This document shows, in pieces, positions 38,841-48,221 of a DNA stretch of 64,000 nucleotides. The notes beneath the pieces were generated by a model that ran no database searches, was not told the origin of the DNA, and saw only the letters and a program-made list of their open reading frames with translations. Position 1 is the stretch's first letter, and the number at the start of each line of letters is the position of its first letter. Made by a program: the position numbers and the translations under genes. This DNA comes from Massalongia carnosa (taxonomy: Eukaryota), in assembly GCA_965645245.1 (NCBI GenBank), contig OZ287080.1, positions 1,674,001 to 1,738,000 on the forward strand, written 5' to 3'.

Positions 38841-39494
38841 CAATTTTACATACATCTTGTTATTTTCGTTAAGTCGATTCTCGATTTCTATGCGAAGTGC
38901 AATCAGATTGCCCCACATGAACTTTACAACGAACAGGAATTTCAGGAAACTTTCTATACAAATTCTACTTGAATTCTTTCGAAGAAATAGCCCGTGTCAA
39001 ACGAAAAAGCAAGACGTCAAAATGTCGAAAAATCGCAATAATACACGATTTATTACGAATATCTGACCGTGTTAAATTATCCTCCAACCCCTTTGCGGTG
39101 TAGTAGCCCTGCGAGCCTTGGCGCGCTAGGCAGTATATAATAGCCATGAAGGTGTGTTCTATTGAGCTCTGTCTACATGGTTATTATATACTGCCTAGCG
39201 CGCCAAGGCTCGCAGGGCTACTACACCGCAAAGGGGTTGGAGGATAATTTAACACTCCCCTTACCGATCAACTCCCTTATCGGTGTAGCCGTGGTGGAGG
39301 CAGTATGAAAATACAGCAACAGATCAAAGACAATATAACTCTCTCATGTGAAAAAAAAGGATAAATCCCCTCGTGCCAACAGAATAGGTGCTAGCGAAGT
39401 CGGTTGTTTCTTCCTGCACTTCCCTCCATGATGGCAATCGCAAGCGATGTGCTCCCTCATGCGAGTTGTCCTCTCTTTGCACCATTCATCCCAT

Positions 39495-39805
39495 CCCTTA
39501 TGGCGGCAGGACAACTGCCCCTCTATTCGGGTTGTACTTCCTTCATGGTGGCAGGGCATCTACTCCCCCATTCGGGTTGTACTCCCTTCACGGTGGCAGG
39601 GCATCTGCTCCCCCATTCGGGTTATACTCCCCTCATGGTGGCAGGACATCTGCTCCCCCATTCGGGTTGTACTCCCTTCATGGTGGCAGGGCATCTGCTC
39701 CCCCATTCGGGTTATACTCCCTTCATGGTGGCAGGACATCTGCTCCCCCATTCGGGTTGTATTCCCTTCATGGTGGCAGGGCATCTGCTCCCCCATTCGA
39801 GTTGT
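39495..39805. repeat. 45-bp minisatellite, about 7 copies
   Basis: Unit g(g/a)catctgctcccccattcgggtt(g/a)tactcccttcatggtggcag; the 15-aa periodicity shows in the ORF track. Confidence 0.92.
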
Positions 39806-39939
39806 ATCCTCGGCATCCTGTGGATGCCTTCTCCTATCTCCTTTATGGTGTCCTTCCTCCATGATGGCAGTATACCTGCTCCCTCATGTCGGTTGTCCTA
39901 GGTACCCTGCGGGTACCTCCTTCCATTCCCCTATCTCCC

Positions 39940-40182
39940 CACGCGGTGCGAAAAATAGTTGACACACCAAAAATATAAAATAATTATGATAGGCTACATC
40001 GTTAAGTAATACATTTCAAAAAAGTTAAGGTGAATTTGAACACATAACTCTATTACTCTATCAAGTCTGTTTTACTGGTTCATCTGTTGTTGATTTTCTA
40101 TATTATATTGAAGCTTTGATAGTTGTGTAGTTTTATGCGTACTGACGAGTTTTGGTGTGTCAACTTTTTTTCGCACCGCGTG
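39940..40182. mobile_element. 243-bp MITE with ~31-bp TIRs and a 5-bp TSD
   Basis: TIR CACGCGGTGCGAAAAA(T/A)AGTTGACACACCAAAA at both ends; CTCCC on both flanks (39935-39939, 40183-40187); AT-rich interior. Confidence 0.88.
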
Positions 40183-40503
40183 CTCCCCCACGGCATTCGG
40201 CGAAACGGCAACCGAGAGGAATAAGAACATCGAGGTAATGTGTAGGCGAAGGTCGTAATTAAAAGGAAAGAAGTCAGGAATTGAGATCAATTGGGTGGTG
40301 GGTGGGTTAAAAAACGAGTGAACCACGCTAGCGCGCCAAGGTTCGCAGGGCTACTACACCCGCAAAGGGGTTGGAGGATAATTTAACAGACTGCTATCGC
40401 AGCCACGTTAGTCAGCTGGGACGCTAATCCGAAGGAGCTTAGCGAAATAAGCTAACCCGGAGGGGCTTAGACGGCTCCTATAGCCCTTGAGGCAAGGTCT
40501 GAG

Positions 40504-40595
40504 TGTGACGAAGCGAGATAGATTTCTACCATTGCGCCACCTGTCCTTCCTGACCAAAAGGCACAATACTTAGTCCGCAGACCAAGCTCTATTCT
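40504..40595 (+). repeat. Dispersed copy of the 3' end of the Fot1/pogo-like element (matches 62556-62653)
   Basis: Shared tgtgacgaagcgagatag...accattgcgccacct...cacaatacttagtccgcagaccaagctctattct. Confidence 0.85.
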
Positions 40596-41787
40596 GTGGG
40601 GCGACATGTGTCATCTATGGTCAGGTGACATGGCAGGCCTGTGTGGGGATAAACCGGGTTTTTTGCTGGCGTTTTCTTCATCATCTCCGGACATCATCTT
40701 CTATCACCTACGCTGTCATCATCATCGTCGTGTCACGTAGTCATCGATTACACGTTCATTTCGTGCATCAACTAGTCATTCAGTCGTTCAGTCGTCGAGT
40801 TCTTTTCATGTCTATGCAGTCGTAGGTCCATTCAGACGTTTGTGTGTGTGTGTGTGTGTGTTCACTGCTCAGTTCGCCATCTATCATCACGTACCACCAC
40901 CTTCCATTAGCACGCACGACTACCCTTCTACAGTACCACCTGATCTTATCTCACCGAGTTCGTCTCGTCACATAGATTGTAAATTAGACGTCGATGTAAA
41001 ATTGTGTCGAACGCTTCGGTTACCTTTAAATTCAAAAGATAGTTATTTTATCGATTTCTTAATCTGATACCGTGTGAATTCGTTTAGTTAACAGTTTCAG
41101 TGCAGTTTTGGTTGATCTGCCTCTTCTGCCATCAATTTGTGTATCTTCTAGCAGTCGGTAGGTTTCCGTTAGATGAGGAATAAGATTGATATCAGATGCA
41201 TTTATCTATTAAATATGATGAGTATGTTGATTCACGTGTAAGTATAATAGCGTGACTGTCATTGAAGGTAATTATCTATGTGGACTATTTACCTGCTTAT
41301 ATAGCAGTCACATATGGAATCCGAACAATCCGAACAGTCATACTATAGGCCTCCCATAACTGCCTACTAGGCACCCGCGAGACTCTCGATGGATGCCCAT
41401 AGTGATGGTAGCCTGACCATCTAACAGAAATATTCTGCTTCTATGTAGTTCAGATGCACAAATATGCATCTCATCAGGGTGCTTTCTCGCCTCCACAACA
41501 TTCTTTTCAACAAGCATAGCATTAGACGGCTGATCGGCCCCTCGATGAATCGACATTAGGTTATGCTCTCGGAACCGATTAAAGAAGATTGTGAAACGAA
41601 TTTAATTCGTATCGTCTACAATGGCATAGCTACCTTCAGCTTGCATTAAAAATTTACCTGAACATCACGCAGCTAAAAAAGAGGGTACTTGCCCTGTGAT
41701 GAGCAGATAGTGAGACAGTAGTGTTCGAGACGAAGAAACTTGATTTATGTTAAAGCTCTCTTGGATGAGCATCATCTCTCAAAAGTA

Positions 41788-44117
41788 TCATGAGAATCCT
41801 ACGTCGATAGCAGCCATGGAGGTGAACATCATCCGCGCTGCCGACATATCCAATGCCATTTGTGATCGAATTTTCGGATCCATCTTCATTATGCTCATCA
41901 TGTTGTCTTCGTCATTAATCTCCTTCGCCCCTATTATTTGATTTCTCTTCCGATTTGGCGACATCGGTAATAGAGCCGGTCGGATGGCCTTCACTATCTT
42001 AGCCCGCTCAAAGTCGATCACTACGACCCGCTTCGTCTCCTCATTCCAAAGTAAGTTCGACATTCGTATATCTCGGTGCAAAACCCCAGCTCCGTGAATG
42101 GCATTGACTGCGTGGACCAGGTCCGACGTCCACATCTGCCGCTCCGTGCCGTTGGGTATCCTGCTGCCATCCAGACACTCTCCGGACCAGGACAAAAGCA
42201 ACATGTGAATGATACAAATTCCAGCATCGTAGTAGTACGGTTTATTCAGGTCAATGTTACCCAAACAGACTGGAACGTAAACTCCCTGGACTGTCGTCAG
42301 CAGTCGATAGACCTCAGCTTCGTGTCGAAGGTCCTTCACAAAAGCCAGGACTGTCCCTTTGGCCAGTACCGTGTATCCGTATGACGTCAGCGTGACCATG
42401 AAAAGAGCTCCTCGGGCGCCCTGCTTTCCCAACGGCTGACAAGCGTCACCTCGATTCTGCCGAAGCTGTTCATTCAGGAGCATCCGGAATTTCTCACCAT
42501 CGAGCTGATGCCGATCGCCCTGATGCCCTTTCTCGCAGTGGTTCGATAAATTCGGACAACGACGGTCAAGCGGTCCTCCTCGAGCCAGTCCTTGCAAGCA
42601 TGATTGCGTACAGAATGAACGTCTTTGGTCTCCGCGCGAGGAAGAATTTGCGCCTCGCGGAGGACGAGAACGCTGACTTCCCTTGCCGCGTATGCGGCCT
42701 TGAGGTCGAGATGGAGTATCGTGAGGAGAAGATTCATCATCAGTCGGGAGGGGGGGTTCCTTGTCGTCATTGAAAGTAGCATTAGACACTGAACGACAAG
42801 AAGCCTTCCTTGGGCGGAGACGTTGACGAATGGGAGATCGGACGGGAACGTCGAGGCTGTATATTTGCGAACGATATTCTGACAACAACGATGGTGATTT
42901 TTCTGCAGTTTCTGGAGTTTCGGGGATTTCCTTGAGAATGGCGATATAATCCACCTCCCAGATTTCGAGTGCATCTATGAGATCCTCACGCCATTCCCGA
43001 TTTCCTTGAGCCGACTCAAGAGCAAGAATACTGAAGGCTAAGACTTGACTGACGGCAGTGCGATGCAGGTAATCTTCAGTGCTTGTAAAATCTCCGTTCT
43101 GCGCATTTACATCCCTGTTGGGTTCGGCCAAGTGATAATAGGCTATCTTCACATTATCCTCCAGCTTGCTATGAAGGAAAACGAAAGCCTCTCCTGTAGT
43201 GATATAACCATACTGAGTTCCGCTCCTAACCATGTAGGAAAAAGTCTGGGTCACGACGGCGGCCACCAGTCGTTCGGCATGATATTCAAAATGGGCGACG
43301 GTGTCCTCTGTTGCCGGCACCAGACCCGGTTGATAACATGGTCTAGCTCCATCTTGGCACGACCAGGGTGAAGGACCTGGCGCAGCACGGCGAGTGTGAG
43401 CTTGTGGGGTGGTTTGTACTCAACAACAAGGGCCGGCTTCCGAAGGCCCTCCACCGTAGTATAGACACAAATCTGATCCGGCCGGGGACGAGGTTTAGAA
43501 AGGGCAGGATGGTGAGGCGTGGAAGGTTGCAGGTGTTGAGCTTCAAGCCTCTGGGCGACTTCCTCGGCGTCATCGCTCAAGGCATTCATATGATTATCAA
43601 ATGTAATTCCTCCAGTCAGTCCAAACTCACTTCGCATGTCATCTAGAGACTGCAGATGTTCCACAATTAGGGTAACCGGCGTTTCCACAATTTCTCGTTG
43701 AAGGTTCTGAAGGTCGTTCTCACTCGCCAGTTTCCGTGACGCCACTCTTGCGCCAAGAGTCTTGATGAAATGGCTGCTTTCGAAGACTCTGGGCATGTTA
43801 TCGAGTGGATAGATGGAATAAAGCAGCTCTAAAGTTTCCTTTTGTGTTTCGAGAAAGTCTTCCCACGATTGTAGATAGTCCGGACGGATTTTGGCCTTCG
43901 CATTGCTGGGATCTCCTTGAGTGCTTCGAGACTTGTCAGTTTGAATGGATATCGACTTCGACAAATGTTCATGACAGCGATCAAGGTATTCGATAAGGGT
44001 GGTTTGGCGAAGGGCCCGTTGGCCTTCTTGTTCGCACAGTTCTGCTCGTTCTCGCAGCTCTCGTTCTTCTCGCAACAGTTGCCTTAGTTCCTCGAGCTCC
44101 AGCGAATGTCGTGCCAT
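41788..44117 (-). pseudogene. Spok-family (spore killer) nuclease-kinase protein with one frameshift near 43321
   Basis: Coiled coil, TTLIEYLDRCH, PDQICVY...VVEYKPPHKL (PD-(D/E)xK), QTFSYMVRSGTQYGYITTGEAFVFL, Cys cluster CTQSC-x13-C-x5-H, kinase GARGALF/LAKGT/LHRDIRMSN/IDFER; ~776 aa if the frame is repaired. Confidence 0.82.
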
Positions 44118-44174
44118 ATTTGGGGATGTCTTGATTAAAAGGTTGTTTTTAAAATGTGAGGGCGGGTTCATTGC

Positions 44175-45491
44175 CACGCCCTTGAAAAAAAAAACTGGCA
44201 ACGTGTAAGCGAGCTTACCCCACTAAATTTTACCCCTTTTTATCAACATTTCACCTTTACATTGCGATAACCAGTCAATTGAAAGCTATTTATATCAAAT
44301 TAATGACCAGTCATGGCCCCCTCAGCTGAGATGACGTCCTTTAGCCGTTGAGGCATTGATCGTACTCTCTCATTAAGAAACTCCTGACTGACTGTCGCCC
44401 AGCCCTCACAAATCAATGCTTTTAAGCTCGCTTCGTCCCAATGAGGATACTTTTTAATATGCTGCTTTGTGGGCTGCCAGCTGTTTTCAATAGGAGCCAA
44501 ATCAGGTGAAGAAGAGCAGTTGAAATAATGCTCTAAACGATGATCCTCCTTCCATTTCTTGAATGCGTTTCTCGTCCTGCCTGTGCCATGCCTGGAATCA
44601 CCATCTTCTTCGAGCACAAAATCATCCCCTCGCTCTGGCCACGGCTTGACAACGGGCTCAAGTATTGAGTTAATGTATACTTGATGCGTCATCTTGCCAT
44701 TGCTGTTGCCCGGCACTTCGTAGAATATAATATCCGACTTGAAGTTGTAGCCTACAGCCGCCCAACAATGCAGTCTCTTTCGATCTTTCTCCGCTGGCGC
44801 ATCACGATGTTGTATACAATCCCATCTATAGCGTGTGCCTGGCTGACGTATGATGCGTAATTTGCCATCGGGCCCGTAGGAGAAATGAACTTCGTCACTA
44901 AATCGTACTCGATACCAATCTTCTGGTTTAGGATATTTGGCCAGCATTATATGAGCGTATTCCACCCGTTTTTGCATAGGAGGGTCGGCCAGCCATCCTT
45001 TGACGCAGGCTAGACATTTCTCGTAATTCAATGCAGCACGTAGCACGTTATGCATTGTACGACCCACAACATCTGCTCCAACTTCCATCGCAACTTGTTC
45101 CCATGTCAAGCGTTTTCCTTCGAGTTGTAGCTCATCTTCCTGAAGCAGCCGATCAGCCTCTCGTACTTGCTCGCCTGTGATTTTTGATCGTCTTCCTCGC
45201 GTTTCTATAAGCTCTGTATGATGACGAGTACGTGTCGAAGCTCCTTTGCGAATAATTCTGTAGCCAGCTCGTTCCGAAACGCCATACTTCTTGAAAAGAT
45301 TTCGTGGATCATGTACGATGCCTTCATCAAGAAGATATTCATGAATTCCTTGAAGTTTAGCTCGAATGGGAGTATCGTAGTGAGTTGCACGTTGCTTACG
45401 AGGCATGTTGGTGTGGATGGTTGATGAAAAGGGGGGAATTTTAATGGGGTAAAGTCGCCTACACGTTGCCAGTTTTTTTTTCAGGGGCGTG
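44175..45491 (-). mobile_element. IS630/Tc1/mariner-superfamily transposon, 1317 bp
   Basis: Imperfect TIRs of ~75 bp starting CACGCCC(C/T)TGAAAAAAAAA(A)CTGGCAACGTGTA; flanks ATTGC and TTTGC; intact ORF. Confidence 0.92.
44300..45406 (-). CDS. Tc1-like DDE transposase, DD38E spacing, 368 aa
   Basis: RVRFSDEVHF, FVLEEDGDSRH and SPDLAPIENSW; 38 residues counted between the second D and the E. Confidence 0.9.
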   Translation of the reverse strand: MPRKQRATHYDTPIRAKLQGIHEYLLDEGIVHDPRNLFKKYGVSERAGYRIIRKGASTRTRHHTELIETRGRRSKITGEQVREADRLLQEDELQLEGKRLTWEQVAMEVGADVVGRTMHNVLRAALNYEKCLACVKGWLADPPMQKRVEYAHIMLAKYPKPEDWYRVRFSDEVHFSYGPDGKLRIIRQPGTRYRWDCIQHRDAPAEKDRKRLHCWAAVGYNFKSDIIFYEVPGNSNGKMTHQVYINSILEPVVKPWPERGDDFVLEEDGDSRHGTGRTRNAFKKWKEDHRLEHYFNCSSSPDLAPIENSWQPTKQHIKKYPHWDEASLKALICEGWATVSQEFLNERVRSMPQRLKDVISAEGAMTGH

Positions 45492-45519
45492 TTTGCCTCA
45501 TTTACGGTGGACTGTAAGT

Positions 45520-47672
45520 AGAGACCGTAGACGCCTCTTCGGGGACGGAAGTGAGGACGACAGAAGGTGTAGGAAGGAGAGAAGCGACTGCATCGACGTA
45601 CGAGGACGCCGACGCAGCAGGCTCTTCACTAATGGAGTGTGCCGCTGTCGCAAGAGCAGTCGCCTGCCCTCGCCAAGAAGCCTCGTCCAGCAGCCAGTCC
45701 CTCCGAACTGCCTCCACAGGAACCGTCAGAAAGGATCGAGGTAGCGTCGAGACCGTGGCCTGCAACTGTGAGAGCTGCGAACCCAGGACTCGAGCTATCT
45801 CCTGGGCATTTGCCGCCGGCAGCGCACTCAAGGTGGTCGTCAGCTGGCTCTGCCCGGAGAGTAACCTCTCCACAGCGTTGAGCGTGCGATCTTGCTTGAT
45901 CGCAACACCACTGACCTTGTTACTGACGCCATCAACGGAGTCAGCAACAAGAGGCAGCACGCCGTGGATGACCACGTGGAAAGGTTCCTTTTCTACGGCC
46001 TCCAACTCCCGTATCTTCGCCGCAAACGCAGGCCAAAGGGGATCTCTGAAGACTTGGTGTCCCCAGAGTGAAAGCTCAGGAAACTGAGACTGTAGAAGCG
46101 CCGCGTCATGCAGGAAGACACAACGCAGCCGCAGCAACATCTCCAGAACCTTCTTCCCTGCCTTATCCGCATCAGGAAAAAGACCGCCTTTGTACGCCGC
46201 CAGAGCGTCATCCACCCAGTGCCACACCTGCCACTGCAGGGCCAGATCCGGTGAGTGTCCTCCTCTTCTCAAAAAGTAACTCCCGCGGGAGTTGCCAAAG
46301 CCGGCGGCGCGACGCATGTAGACACGCGGCAGGCGGGTGAGGTAGTTAGTGGCCCAGACGCCACGTTCCCATCCGCCTGCTCTCGTGATCTGAAGTAGTT
46401 GATAAAAGGGTAATGCTAGTAAGTATAAGGGGCCATGAATCGTAGAGTACATACCTGGTCCGCGGGGACCTCCCACATGTCGGCTAGCCGTGACGAGGAC
46501 TGCTGCATGGTGTGGACCGTCTTGGAGCTGTCGACGCCGACAGCATCCAAAGCCGGCTTAATCCATCGGGCCTGTGTTTTGTCGGAGATCTCCTCCATAG
46601 ATCGCGCCAGGCTCCCGGAGATGACCTTCGTGAAATACCACGAAGATCGATCCCGGAAGTCCGGCCGCTTCTCCATGAGGAGGTCCCAGCGCAAGACGAG
46701 CCAGTGGGTGAGGGCGCCGAGAGGACAGAGGACGACATCTCTGCTCCGCAAAGCACCATGGTAATGCTGGCGGCGCGAGTTGCCCCCGTCCGCCAGAGGA
46801 ATGCTCTTGCCCTGGCCAATTCGAAGGATCAACGCAAGGCATTCGGACCCCTCGTTAGGGAGGTCGTAGGCGCGGAGGTCAGGTAGCTCAGCCCTCCGCG
46901 TTGACTTCCCCCGCAGCATCATCGAATGCATTAGGAGGAAGTCGAGGCGAGTCCGCAGGAGGTGCCACTCGCCGCCCGCCACGCCCTCCTCCCCCCAAAC
47001 CTTGCCCCCGGCGAGCAGCATTGCCGAAAATTGAGCGGCCTGCTCAGTCGTGTAGCCGTCGGTGAGGCCGTGGATCGCGCGATCCTCGAACGAGGCCCGC
47101 TTTAAAGCGCTCCAATCGATGCGTAAGCGCGTCATCAGGGCTTTGGTGGCCTTCCCTCTGGGATGGGGCACCACCAAATTCTCTTCGAGATGCTGGTCAT
47201 CGAAGAGGGCGCGGAGGGCAGAGACGTAGCCCGATTCCACGCTATCGGGCGCCAGGGGCCGGGATAAAGGGTCGTCGGCTTACTGCAAGCAGAGTCAGTA
47301 AGCTACAAAAAGATGATTCTATCCCTGAATTCGAGTTCAGGGGGCGACTCACCGTCTCAACGAGCTCCTCGCCGTCGGAGATTTCCTCGAATTTTTCACC
47401 TCCTCCACCTCCTCTCCCTCTACCGCTGGCGAGGCTTCCACCGCCTCCATCGCCTTCCCCTTCCCCCTCTTCAACGCGCGGCGCTAAGCCTGCCGTTGGC
47501 GATTCTGATCCCGCCGCCTGGCCTGCGCTGCTGCGCCTGTGAGCTTGGGACGTGGGACGAAGCGCAGGCGGAGGAGGACCTCTTCGAGAAAGAAGAGCAT
47601 CTTCCGCTCCCACACAAGGACGCCGTCAGGAAAATTGCGACGTCGGCACCACTTCTGTAGGATGTTAGCGTA
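45520..47672 (-). pseudogene. CryptonF tyrosine recombinase, internal fragment lacking exon 1 and the C-terminal GCR1-like domain
   Basis: Inverted near-copy of 48506-50660; RTRLDFLLMHSMMLRG, CPLGAL, KTVHTM, RAGGW, NYLTRLP; a TAA at the start of exon 3. Confidence 0.88.
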
Positions 47673-47890
47673 TAAGTGACTTCGCTTCGGTGCCGGTCTC
47701 GCGGCGGTCCTTTGTCTTTCCTGAGCTTTGGTCATGCTGTTTCGGACGAAGTCCCAAACTTTCTCCATGTCCTCGGTGATGTCCTTGGCTTTTTCGTTGG
47801 CGAGTCTTTGACGGGTTGTGTCGGCCGACAAGTCGGTCAAACTAAAACTCATCCTTGGTTCATAACCTCGATTGGCCATGTTGAGGATAG
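47673..47890 (-). mobile_element. Gypsy integrase C-terminal fragment
   Basis: ANRGYEPRMSF...MEKVWDFVRNSMTKAQERQRTAA resembles the post-catalytic integrase region (compare 55698-56276). Confidence 0.65.
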
Positions 47891-48221
47891 CCGAGATGTC
47901 TGCTTATCCGAGGCCGATTTTTTTTTCGGGGCCGCGGGGTTGAGATTTAGCGTAAAAAATGCTGGCTTGGCGGTCCTTCGAAAAGTGGACTTATCGCCTG
48001 TGACTTTGGGGTATAAACCCACTTATAGGCGTGACCCTGCAAAATCGTCACGCTGTATATGGACAATATCGCCCGTGACCAAGCTCCATACCACGATTTT
48101 CTCTCCTCGACCCATTCAGTCGAACTGCAAAAAGCCTGCCTGTTCCCGTTTTGCGCCGCGAGCGACTTGCTGGTCAACGAGCGTTCTACATACCACGGAT
48201 ACCCTCTTTGGCGGCCGCACG

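Larger units (their letters stand above)
39070..40388 (-). mobile_element. Non-autonomous LTR-like element with a palindromic 3' LTR (39070-39254) and a truncated 5' LTR (40328-40388)
   Basis: TGTTAA...TTAACA ends; near-TSD GACCG/GACTG; PPT-like GTAAGGGGAG immediately 5' of the 3' LTR on the minus strand. Confidence 0.6.

Noticed and set aside
39495..39805. Regular repeat array as a CRISPR
   Set aside because: Units are contiguous with no unique spacers, there are no cas genes, and the context is eukaryotic
38440..40480. Hairpin clusters as hammerhead or other ribozymes
   Set aside because: No CUGANGA core paired with GAAA; the nearby motif is CTGACTA
40929..45515. TACAGT(A)CCACC at 40929 and the inverted TACAGTCCACC near 45505-45515 as TIRs enclosing the Spok gene
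   Set aside because: The match is only ~11 nt with an indel and does not extend; likely chance
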